NCBI GenBank assembly: GCA_963665095.1
Contig: OY762069.1
Span: 256,001 to 320,000, forward strand
DNA: 64,000 nucleotides
Direction of reading: 5' to 3'
From: an uncultured Desulfobacter sp.
Lineage (GTDB): Bacteria; Desulfobacterota; Desulfobacteria; Desulfobacterales; Desulfobacteraceae
The notes beneath the pieces are model-generated. The model saw nothing but the letters and a program-made list of their open reading frames with translations. It searched no databases and was not told where the DNA came from. This document shows, piece by piece, positions 9,078 to 17,360 of the stretch. Made by a program: the position numbers and the translations under genes. Position 1 is the stretch's first letter; every line of letters starts with the position of its first letter.

Positions 9078-9970
9078 TATATCCACCTGTGTTTTCGGTT
9101 GAATATCGTCAAAATAGAAAATACCAGAACCGTGGCGCAAAAAAGTATCAGTCCGGGTTTCAGCCGGTTGTGGGCCAGATAGGCCCTGTGCAGGAGCAAT
9201 GTCCGGGTAGTGGCGTATTCCTGGTCTGCAAAGGATTCTTCAACCAGCACAACGGTTTGCTTGCAGTCGTAGGGACCGGAATTATCCAGCTTTGGATCAT
9301 GGGGCGCTGTATAGGAAAAGGTGTCGGCGCTGGATACGGAAAGCCGGGCAACCTGCCCCTGCTCCTCTATGATCGAAACCGAACCGATCATTTTACCTTT
9401 GGGTGCATACATGAAGGTGTAGGGCAGCCCGGTCATCATATAGGTTACGCGTGATTTTGATGTCAGTCTGAGTTGCGGCAGATTCCAGGGCAGTTGGGCC
9501 GATCCCTGTTGAACCTGCGCTTCGTGCGGGGCTTTGCCGAATATAGGATGGACCACATGGGCCAGGAGTTGTTTCGGGCCGCAGGAGGCTGTCACATATA
9601 CTTCCGCAATATTGTTGCCCTGGGATGTGATGGTGAAGCCGAGCCCATCTTGATCACGAACTACCGGGGCGGTAAAATAGCCCTCCCTGGGGGAGAACAG
9701 ATCAAATCCATAGGGGCGTGTCTTGGGCCTGGACCTTATCCGGAACCGATATATGGCCGTGCAATCTCCCGGAACCAGCCCGCCCGGGTCCATATCCCGG
9801 CTGTAACGGATATAATAATATTGGGTCAACGCGCCGTTTTTATGCCGGCACTGATGGGCGCAATTGATCCAGATATACTGCGGACACAGGTTAGAGGTTT
9901 CGGGCGGTAAACTGGAAATTGCCGCTGCCGGTAAAAATATAATGAAAACAATCATCAGAATGTTTCTCAT
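9077..9970 (-). CDS. Hypothetical exported protein with N-terminal signal peptide and C-terminal membrane anchor
   Basis: MRNILMIVFIIFLPAAAIS signal-like start after a GAAAGG RBS; hydrophobic C-terminus followed by basic residues; translationally coupled to the next gene. Confidence 0.75.
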   Translation of the reverse strand: MRNILMIVFIIFLPAAAISSLPPETSNLCPQYIWINCAHQCRHKNGALTQYYYIRYSRDMDPGGLVPGDCTAIYRFRIRSRPKTRPYGFDLFSPREGYFTAPVVRDQDGLGFTITSQGNNIAEVYVTASCGPKQLLAHVVHPIFGKAPHEAQVQQGSAQLPWNLPQLRLTSKSRVTYMMTGLPYTFMYAPKGKMIGSVSIIEEQGQVARLSVSSADTFSYTAPHDPKLDNSGPYDCKQTVVLVEESFADQEYATTRTLLLHRAYLAHNRLKPGLILFCATVLVFSILTIFNRKHRWI

Positions 9971-10070
9971 GTTGATGCCTTTCTTCAGCCCCTGCTTCTG
10001 CCCGGGGTTCCCGGTTGAAACGCCGGCTGACAATGCCCCGGGGCCTTTGCCATCACCCCAGGCAGGGAGA

Positions 10071-10108
10071 CGGCAGAACCGTCCAAAAAGGAGATATCGG
10101 TTCTGCCG
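10071..10108 (-). other. Intercistronic stem-loop after the TonB receptor gene
   Basis: CGGCAGAACCG-N16-CGGTTCTGCCG perfect 11-bp inverted repeat with no clear U tract; could stabilise or attenuate the mRNA. Confidence 0.5.
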
Positions 10109-10148
10109 CTCAATTAAAAATGCAGCATTGTCATCACATATTTTTTGG

Positions 10149-12128
10149 TCAATAGGTCAGGTTCAACCCTGCGTAGAAACCAATGCCCGGACCCGTGTAC
10201 CCGTACATGGACTGGTACTTTTCATTCGTAAAATTTTCAATCCTGGCTGTAAGCTGAAGCCAGTCCATGAAGTCGTAGGAGATCTTGGTGTTAAATATCA
10301 ACTGGGCCGGAACCACAGGATAACTGTCTCCCAGTTTTGCGGCGTAACGTTTCCCCTTGTACTGCGCGGACACATTCCAGTTAAATTTTTCCCACGGTGT
10401 GTAATTGATGGAGCCGCCACCGGTGTGTTTAGGAATGTGGGTCCTCTGCCGGTCTAAAGAGTCATCAATGGATTCCTGGTAAGTATAGTGGAGATTGAGC
10501 GTCAATTCGGGAATGACACGCCAGCTCAGGGAGGTCTCCAGACCGTCTGTCGTAACACCTTCAACGTTGTAAAATTGAGTTTGACCGTTGATCCTAGCAG
10601 TTCCGATCAAATTCGTAATGTCATTGTGAAAATAGGCAATGGAAAGGGCCAGCCTGTCATCAAGCAGATACTGGTCAATGCCGATATCAAAAGACTTGCT
10701 CTTTTCGGGTTCAAGGTCCTCATTTCCATAACCATAGGGATAGTACAGCTGCAGGAGGCTGGGTGCCTTAAATCCCGTGCCATAGCTGGTTCTAATTTTT
10801 GTCCCGGTATTGTCAAAAAAATAGGCAGCTGAAACCTGGTACGTTGTGGCGGATCCGAAATTTTCGTGTTCATCGTACCGCAATCCTGTCGAGATATTTA
10901 TATTATCCGTAGGCGTCCAGTGGTTGCTGACAAATCCGCTTGTTGTATAGGCACTCTCATTGTTGATCGGTATCGAAGAACCGGAATTCATCCTTGCCTC
11001 CTCCTGGATGTAGTCAATACCGGCCGTGAGGGTGTCCCTGTCACCGAGAAAAAAATTATTCTGCCAGGAAGCTGTCTGGGTGGTGCCTTCATAACTATAC
11101 TTAAATTTCTCGATTTCCGTAGAGGCATCATAATATTCCGCTTCGTTGTTGGTGTTCCCCACCTTCAGGGAACTGGTCCACCATTTACTGATATCCTGAT
11201 CCAGGTGAGCGCTTATGATAAGCATTTCGTTATACATTATATCGTAACCATCCCTGCCAAGACCGGTGATCGGATCGGGTGAGTCGTCAGTCTCCATACT
11301 GGTGTCTGAGTAATATGCGGTAAGTCCCACTTCCGTCTTATCCGTGATCCGCGCGTTGAGCTTTCCTGAAAGGGATGTGTTGCCGTACTCATCTTCTTCC
11401 TGTTCCGGGCTGTCCGCCTTTGACAGGCCGCTAATGTCCGTCCGGGTTGCCTGGAGGCTGTAATCTAATATAGCATTGCCTCCCCTGACTCCCAGATTCT
11501 CCTTAAAGGTCTCAAAGGACCCCCCTTCAAAACCGGCAGTAACTGTAGGTTTACCCTTTCCCTTTTTGGTGATGATATTGATAACGCCTCCCATGGCATC
11601 GGAGCCGTACAATACACTTTCAGCCCCTCGAACCACTTCGATACGTTCAATATTGTCTGTCCCCAGATAGGCCAGACTCAGGGCGTTGCTTGTGGAACCG
11701 GGATTCTGCACCCGGACGCCGTCAATCATAACAAGGGTTTTGCCGTTGGCGGCACCGCGGACATACATGTATTCCGCACCGCCGGGAGGACCGTAGGAAC
11801 TGATAGTTACTCCCGGAACATCATTCAGCACATCAATAACGGACTGGGTGCCCTTTTGCTGAATTTCCACATCGGTGATGACCGTCACCGATTTTGTTAC
11901 CATGCGCAGGGATTCCTCCACACGGCTGGCTGTAATCACCACCTCATCCAACTTTAGCGTGTCGTCCTCTGTCTCCTCCTGGGTTTTGTTATTTGCTTCC
12001 ATTTTTTGGGTTTCGCTTTTTGACGTTGTCTCATCCTGATCTGCGCCAACGGCAAAAGCCGGAATTAACAGCAGCCACAATACTCCTAACATTGACGACA
12101 ACAACTTGTTTCCGCAGATTGACTTCAT
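10149..12128 (-). CDS. TonB-dependent outer-membrane receptor, BtuB-like
   Basis: Signal peptide, TonB box DEVVITASR, plug motifs LVMIDGV and IERIEVVRGAESVLYGSDAMGGVINIITK, C-terminal YAGLNLTY; directly downstream of a cobalamin riboswitch. Confidence 0.93.
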   Translation of the reverse strand: MKSICGNKLLSSMLGVLWLLLIPAFAVGADQDETTSKSETQKMEANNKTQEETEDDTLKLDEVVITASRVEESLRMVTKSVTVITDVEIQQKGTQSVIDVLNDVPGVTISSYGPPGGAEYMYVRGAANGKTLVMIDGVRVQNPGSTSNALSLAYLGTDNIERIEVVRGAESVLYGSDAMGGVINIITKKGKGKPTVTAGFEGGSFETFKENLGVRGGNAILDYSLQATRTDISGLSKADSPEQEEDEYGNTSLSGKLNARITDKTEVGLTAYYSDTSMETDDSPDPITGLGRDGYDIMYNEMLIISAHLDQDISKWWTSSLKVGNTNNEAEYYDASTEIEKFKYSYEGTTQTASWQNNFFLGDRDTLTAGIDYIQEEARMNSGSSIPINNESAYTTSGFVSNHWTPTDNINISTGLRYDEHENFGSATTYQVSAAYFFDNTGTKIRTSYGTGFKAPSLLQLYYPYGYGNEDLEPEKSKSFDIGIDQYLLDDRLALSIAYFHNDITNLIGTARINGQTQFYNVEGVTTDGLETSLSWRVIPELTLNLHYTYQESIDDSLDRQRTHIPKHTGGGSINYTPWEKFNWNVSAQYKGKRYAAKLGDSYPVVPAQLIFNTKISYDFMDWLQLTARIENFTNEKYQSMYGYTGPGIGFYAGLNLTY

Positions 12129-12166
12129 TTCGATTCCCCTTAAAACATTTAGATAAACGATTGGAC

Positions 12167-12202
12167 AAAAAAAAATCCCCGCGTTTTTTTAAACGCGGGG
12201 AT
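12167..12202 (-). terminator. Intrinsic terminator (riboswitch expression platform)
   Basis: Minus strand ATCCCCGCGTTT-AAAA-AAACGCGGGGA followed by nine T, between the aptamer and the receptor start codon. Confidence 0.85.
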
Positions 12203-12274
12203 ACCGTTTTTTATCCCTTTAACCAATTGTCTTCAGCAGAACACTCTACACCCGAGAGATTTCCGCTATGACGA

Positions 12275-12470
12275 TCCCAGGCAGGTCTTCTGGCTTCCTT
12301 CCTTTTTGCCTGCCTTCCCATTCGATCTTTCTCGAACAGTGGCATATTTCGGCTAAAAAGGACTCTTTTTAATAATATAAATTAAAAAAGAGTAACGGTT
12401 ACAGCGGCGGGTCCACCCCCGAATTTCACGGGGTTCCCTATTAAGTCCTTTCAGACACCTGAAATCCATA
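12275..12470 (-). ncRNA. Cobalamin (B12) riboswitch
   Basis: Minus strand carries the conserved elements AGGTG...AATAGGGAACCCCGTGAAATTCGGGG...CCCGCCGCTGTAA...GCCACTG...TGGGAAGG...AGCCAGAAGACCTGCC (B12 box). Confidence 0.95.
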
Positions 12471-12483
12471 CAAGTTTGAGGAT

Positions 12484-12515
12484 AGCATATAGAATAATTA
12501 TTTTTGATCTGTCAA
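12484..12515 (-). promoter_or_regulatory. Putative sigma70 promoter of the riboswitch operon
   Basis: Minus-strand TTGACA at 12515-12510, then an AT-rich spacer and TATATGCT just upstream of the aptamer; the -10 register is uncertain. Confidence 0.5.
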
Positions 12516-12741
12516 GATAATTGTTTTACATGCTATCCTCAATTGGGATGCGCATCGGCAAACAAGATGTAAGCAGCCTGAAGTCTCCTGCCAGATGCTC
12601 GAGTTCGGCAATGCCTGACGAAGGCGAGCTGGATGCCATTGGGCAGTCCGGCAATGTGGTTGAGTCAGCCATGGAAGCTGATGCGTTTTGTCAATATGTC
12701 ATTTATCTGTAGCCTGCTTGGAAAGCCGCCTTAACTTTTAT

Positions 12742-12905
12742 GTTTTGAACAGGTTTTCAACATGACCTGTTATGTTTTGAACATGTTTCCGATTGTGCGT
12801 TTTCAACGGTTTTATACGTTTTGAACATGTTCTGATCATGGTTTTCAACATGGTTTTCAACACCCGGTTCTTTTATTTGACGCTTTTTGAACATACTTAT
12901 GAACA
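12742..12905. repeat. Array of about 11 degenerate direct repeats GTTTT(G/C)AACA
   Basis: Copies begin at about 12742, 12753, 12774, 12799, 12809, 12818, 12829, 12841, 12853, 12884 and 12897, all in the same orientation. Confidence 0.8.
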
Positions 12906-13289
12906 CGAATGTGACTCCTCAGTTTTGCGGTATGAAGTATCACAATTCAGGGTGCAAGGCCGACATCTGGCAAAACAGGCATGAGCATATTTCATTCCGG
13001 GGGAAACCCGAATAATACAGTATGCTTTAAAGGGGCATTGCAGATCAGCCCTTGCAGGAAACACCAGATGCAGCCATTTACCCTGAGGCCTGGCACAGGC
13101 ACCGGAAAAACGATACCATCCAAATCATGATAAAAACCATCCTGAGATTGCCCAGGCAGTTTCCGCACCTGATTCGGCCAGAATAGGGTGTTCACCCCAT
13201 AGGCCTTTCAGGTTGATCATGACGCTGGCAACGATTACACTGCAATGCTGAGAAACCGTTACTTTAACCCAGTCAGGGGACCTATTTCC

Positions 13290-14420
13290 GTGAAGATTCA
13301 TAATGAACAGACCAAAATAGTTTACGATACAAATATTGTTGATTATATCAAAGAGCTCAAGCCCAAAAGGGTGTGTGTGACCAGTGACCCGTTCATGCTT
13401 AAGCTCGGGGTGGTTGCGCCCCTTGAACAATATTTCAAAACCAGTAACATTCCCTATAAAATTTTTTCAGATGTAAAGCCCAACCCCAGTCAGGCCCTTG
13501 TTACCGAAGGACTGGCTCATATCTTTGACACCAAGCCCAGCCTGATCATTGCCGTGGGTGGTGGCTCGGCCATTGATCTTGCCAAGGCCATCATGTACTT
13601 CTGTCTTCAGATCAAGACAGGTTTTATTGCAGAAGATGAACTGGTAAAACCTGTCTTTATCGCCGTGCCTACCACGGCCGGAACCGGCTCTGAAGTCACC
13701 AATTTCGCGGTGATCACCGATGACGAAACCGGTGCCAAGCAGGTGATCCGGTCCGATCTCATGCAGCCGGATGCAGCGGTGCTTGATGTTGATCTTACCA
13801 TGACCGCACCGCCCCACATTACCGCCGATACCGGATTTGATGCCCTGACCCATGCCATTGAGGCGTATGTCTCACGGGTGAGTACCCCGTTTTCAGATGC
13901 CTATGCCCTGCAGGCGGCTCAGATGATTTTTGATAATCTGGTGCCGGCCTTTGTCAGCAAAGACCGGGAAGCCAAACGCAACATGCAGCTGGCCGCCAGC
14001 ATTGCAGGTCTGGCTTTTAACCATTCCGCCCTGGGCCTTAACCACAGTATTGCCCATGCCGCGGGGGCCATTTTTCACCTGCCCCACGGCCGGGCCAACG
14101 CCCTGATCCTGCCGGCACTCATGCGGTTTAACATGAAAGATGAACCCACATTGAACCGGTACAGCCAGATGGGCAAGGCCCTGGGCTTTGTATTTGAAAC
14201 GCCTGGGAAGACAGCTGCCGCCCTTGTGCGGGCCGTGGAAATTCTAAAAAAAATGCTCGAACTGCCGGCCGGGTTTGCAGACATCGGTATAGACCGGAAG
14301 CAGCTGGAGGCTGAGCTCTCTGTGATTGCCCAGGAGGCTGTCAATGACTACTGCACCCCGGGCCACCCCTTTGAGGTGACAAAGGATGATGTAAAAAGTA
14401 TCGTCAGAACTCTGATTTGA
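13290..14420 (+). CDS. Iron-containing alcohol dehydrogenase (PduQ/AdhE-ADH-like)
   Basis: GGGSAIDLAK, PTTAGTGSEVT, DALTHAIEAY, HSIAH and HGRANA motifs; GTG at 13290 after an AGGGGA RBS. Confidence 0.93.
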   Translation: MKIHNEQTKIVYDTNIVDYIKELKPKRVCVTSDPFMLKLGVVAPLEQYFKTSNIPYKIFSDVKPNPSQALVTEGLAHIFDTKPSLIIAVGGGSAIDLAKAIMYFCLQIKTGFIAEDELVKPVFIAVPTTAGTGSEVTNFAVITDDETGAKQVIRSDLMQPDAAVLDVDLTMTAPPHITADTGFDALTHAIEAYVSRVSTPFSDAYALQAAQMIFDNLVPAFVSKDREAKRNMQLAASIAGLAFNHSALGLNHSIAHAAGAIFHLPHGRANALILPALMRFNMKDEPTLNRYSQMGKALGFVFETPGKTAAALVRAVEILKKMLELPAGFADIGIDRKQLEAELSVIAQEAVNDYCTPGHPFEVTKDDVKSIVRTLI

Positions 14421-14594
14421 TTTCCTGTCCTTCCTGCGGGGGGATCAAACTGTTTTTGGGAGCAGACATCTGGATGGTGCGCATATATCTGCCCGAGTAC
14501 CGTCCATTGCAATAATGCGACTCATAAGTGTTTTAAGGGTGTTCTTTTACGATGCCTTCTGAACTAACTTGCTGAATATATGACTTATTTATTT

Positions 14595-14610
14595 GGGTAT
14601 GTATTTTGCA
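14595..14610 (+). promoter_or_regulatory. Putative sigma54 (-24/-12) promoter
   Basis: GGGTATGTATTTTGCA has GG-N10-GC spacing and lies about 57 bp upstream of the NifB/NifX gene. Confidence 0.55.
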
Positions 14611-14667
14611 TATACCTTCTGAACGTATAGGGGACAGTCATTAATTCTGAAAACTACAGGAGGAAAT

Positions 14668-15240
14668 ATGAAAGTAGCCGTCAGTGCTTATGGAGATACC
14701 CTGGAGGCTGAAATTAACCCCAGGTTCGGCAGGTGCGACTATCTGGTCATTGTGGATACCGATACAATGGCATTTGAATCGTATCCCAACACAAATAATC
14801 AATTATCCGGCGGGGCCGGCATCCAGACGGCAACTTTTGTGATCTCTCAGGGTGCCCAGGCCATCCTGACCGGCAGCTGCGGTCCTAAAGCCATGGATGT
14901 GTTTAACTCAGCCAATATTCCGGTTTATCCGGGCCAGGCCGGAACCGTGGTCCAGGCTGTGGCGCGGTTTAAAAATAATGAGCTGGCATCCACTTCCCAG
15001 GCCACAGCCCCGGAAAAGGCCGGCATTAATCCGGGGTTTAACACCAGCCAGTCCAGGGCGGAAAACAATCCGTTTATTCCCGGCATGGGAGGTGGCGGTG
15101 GCAGAGGTATGGGCGGCGGCCGTGGTATGGGAGGCGGCAGAGGCCTTGGCGGTGGCCGCGGCATGGGCGGCGGTGGCGGCAGAGGCATGGGAGGCGGCCG
15201 TGGTATGGGCGGCGGCAGCGGTATGGGCCGGGGACGTTAA
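14668..15240 (+). CDS. NifB/NifX-family (dinitrogenase FeMo-cofactor-binding fold) protein with Gly/Arg/Met-rich tail
   Basis: MKVAVS...PRFGRC...GGAGIQ...TGSCGPKA; C-terminal (GGGRGM)n repeats; AGGAGG RBS. Confidence 0.9.
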   Translation: MKVAVSAYGDTLEAEINPRFGRCDYLVIVDTDTMAFESYPNTNNQLSGGAGIQTATFVISQGAQAILTGSCGPKAMDVFNSANIPVYPGQAGTVVQAVARFKNNELASTSQATAPEKAGINPGFNTSQSRAENNPFIPGMGGGGGRGMGGGRGMGGGRGLGGGRGMGGGGGRGMGGGRGMGGGSGMGRGR

Positions 15241-15273
15241 TGTTGGAATATGCGTAAGCAAAAGGAGGCAGCT

Positions 15274-15654
15274 ATGACAAAAGTAGGCATTATTCGGTGT
15301 GAAAAAAATGAAAACAGGTGTCCGTTGACCAACTGTTTTAAAACAATGATTGAGACCACCCAGGGCTTCGCCGGCTACGAGGCCTGTACCCCGGCAGGGG
15401 TGTTTACCTGCCGATGTCCGGGTGACAATGTGGCGGATATGGCAAAGATCCTCAAGGCAAAGGGGGCCGAGGCCATTCATCTGTGTACCTGTGCATTTGC
15501 GTCAAAAACCGAAGAAGGATGGAATAAGGACAAGGGCGGATTCTGCCCGGATATTGATAAGGTTGCAGCCGTTGTTTCCAATGCTTCGGGGCTTCCCTGT
15601 ACCCTGGGCACCGCCCATCTGCCCAAAGGGTATACGCCGGTTACCATCGGATAA
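15274..15654 (+). CDS. CGGC-domain small Cys-rich protein
   Basis: KVGIIRC...CPLTNC...FTCRCPG...IHLCTC...CP...GTAH pattern; AAGGAGG RBS before the ATG at 15274. Confidence 0.82.
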   Translation: MTKVGIIRCEKNENRCPLTNCFKTMIETTQGFAGYEACTPAGVFTCRCPGDNVADMAKILKAKGAEAIHLCTCAFASKTEEGWNKDKGGFCPDIDKVAAVVSNASGLPCTLGTAHLPKGYTPVTIG

Positions 15655-15700
15655 AAAAAACAGCTGCCCGGGTGTGTTACATCCGGGCAGCTGATATTTA
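15653..15700. terminator. Stem-loop terminator after the CGGC gene
   Basis: CAGCTGCCCGGGTGT-GTT-ACATCCGGGCAGCTG hairpin flanked by an A tract. Confidence 0.7.
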
Positions 15701-16030
15701 CAGCTTTCTGTTTACCGCCAATTGGCTCACCCCATTATAAGTCTCTTCTTCTCACATATTGCCATAGATCTCAATTGACCCGGAAACAAGGGTCCTATAA
15801 AATTTAAATAAGATTTCAAAAACACAAACAGTTGGGAGATCAATATTTGTCAAAACAGCACAACATGCCGGGGGACATGGAAGCCATATTTTAGGACAGA
15901 TTTATCTGGCTGTTCTTATTGCCCGTCTGTTGGGTATGCAGGGAAATTCGGGTCCTTCCTGTTAGGCGCAGGCCCCATACCCTTGTGCAGCAGGAGATAA
16001 AGCTTGAAAAAATAGCGGTTTTTGCTTATC

Positions 16031-16064
16031 AATAAAGAGTTTCTGTAAATAAAGAGTTTCTGTA
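16031..16064. repeat. Tandem 17-bp duplication
   Basis: AATAAAGAGTTTCTGTA twice, just upstream of the HDOD gene. Confidence 0.85.
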
Positions 16065-16112
16065 AAAATATCATCCCATAAGATCGTGAACTCAAAACAC
16101 AGGAAGAACATT

Positions 16113-17216
16113 ATGGTTGCATTGCAAATTTCTGTGGCGGGTCTGGCTGTCCTGCTTGTGATAGTGGCTATCCGGTACTTTTTTATTTCAGGTGCCAGTG
16201 ATAAGGAAATTCATGAAAAAAGTTCAGACCGGGATTTCTCATCATCTTCAAAATCTGATACCGAGATCGGTTCAATACCTGTAACTGCGTATCAGCCCCC
16301 TGAATTTGAATATGCGGGCCTGGATGATAGTATTACCCTGATTGGTGAAGAAGATATCAAGGGCGATCTGCTTGACAGTCTGGATGAGACATTGAAAGCA
16401 TTGACCCCGCCAACCACTGCCGCCTTCAAGATTTTAAAGCTGCTTCACAACCCCAATGTCAAGAATGAGGACCTGGCAGCCATGGTGACGACAGATCCTG
16501 TTTTCAGTGCAAATATATTAAAGATGGTCAATTCCGCCTATTTTAATCTCCCTAATAAAATTAATTCTGTGGGCACAGCCATCCTGTTTATCGGATACAA
16601 CAATTTCAAGGTAATGGTGATGAAGTCCAATCTTCAGAATTCTTTACCCGAGACCCAGGATGAAGAACTAAAAAAACAGTACAATGCACTGTGGCTTCAT
16701 TCCTCAGTGGTTTCAACCTGTGCCTATTATCTTGGACAGACTGTTTTTCACCAGTATGAGCAGGAACTGGGTACCATAGGACTCTTGCATGATATCGGCA
16801 AATACTATCTGCCCCTGTTTACAAAAAATGAAAATGCCCCGGATCATGCCCCCTCCTGTATTGAGGAAGATGCGTCCTATGGCCTCAATCATACAGTCTT
16901 AGGCAGTTTTATTGCCAGGGAGTGGCACCTCGGGGATATGATTGCCAACGCTATTTACTATCATCATTACCCCCAGTTTTTTCCACCCGAAGACATCCCC
17001 CGGGAATATCGAAAACTCAGCTTTATCATCTGCCTTGCCAACATCATCTGCAAAGCATACGGCTATCATGTCAGTGGTGGGGAAATTTTCCCCATTCGTG
17101 AGGAGTATTTTGATCTTTATGGCGTGGAACCGGATCTGGCCGGTATTTTTTCAAAGAAGCTGGAAAAGGATATTGAAAAGGCCAGATTTGCTGTTGAATC
17201 CTTTATGGACAGCTGA
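16113..17216 (+). CDS. HDOD-domain protein with N-terminal membrane anchor
   Basis: DPVFSANILKMVNSAYF, GLLHDIGK, NHTVLG...EW, IYYHH; hydrophobic N-terminus; alternative GTG start at 16086. Confidence 0.88.
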   Translation: MVALQISVAGLAVLLVIVAIRYFFISGASDKEIHEKSSDRDFSSSSKSDTEIGSIPVTAYQPPEFEYAGLDDSITLIGEEDIKGDLLDSLDETLKALTPPTTAAFKILKLLHNPNVKNEDLAAMVTTDPVFSANILKMVNSAYFNLPNKINSVGTAILFIGYNNFKVMVMKSNLQNSLPETQDEELKKQYNALWLHSSVVSTCAYYLGQTVFHQYEQELGTIGLLHDIGKYYLPLFTKNENAPDHAPSCIEEDASYGLNHTVLGSFIAREWHLGDMIANAIYYHHYPQFFPPEDIPREYRKLSFIICLANIICKAYGYHVSGGEIFPIREEYFDLYGVEPDLAGIFSKKLEKDIEKARFAVESFMDS

Positions 17217-17241
17217 AACAAATACTGCAATCAGGCAAACG

Positions 17242-17277
17242 GCCGATTTTTTGTTCAACGCCGATTTTTTGTTCAAC
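17242..17277. repeat. Tandem 18-bp duplication
   Basis: GCCGATTTTTTGTTCAAC twice, between the HDOD gene and ispF. Confidence 0.85.
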
Positions 17278-17360
17278 CAGGATCAGTTTTTGACTTTTGA
17301 TGTGAAGATGCATATATTAATGTCCCAAATTTGTCAGGCAGCAAGGAGATCTAAAAACAT

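Noticed and set aside
12742..12905. CRISPR array or oriC
   Set aside because: The repeats are only about 10 bp with no unique spacers and no cas genes. There is no dnaA/dnaN nearby and the boxes are non-canonical, so oriC cannot be claimed.
12521..13240. Short ORFs between the riboswitch and the ADH gene
   Set aside because: No RBS or recognisable motifs in the frames I translated; treated as non-coding or unrecognisable remnants.
14908..15480. Ala/His/Pro-rich repeat ORFs on alternative frames
   Set aside because: Shadows of the GGGRGM-coding repeat of the NifB/NifX gene.
6884..15654. Selenocysteine recoding in the Cys-rich redox proteins
   Set aside because: I saw no in-frame TGA at Cys-motif positions; the ORFs are complete as read.
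15720..16020. Possible ncRNA in the intergenic gap
   Set aside because: I recognised no 6S, SRP, tmRNA or riboswitch motif; a covariance-model search would be needed.
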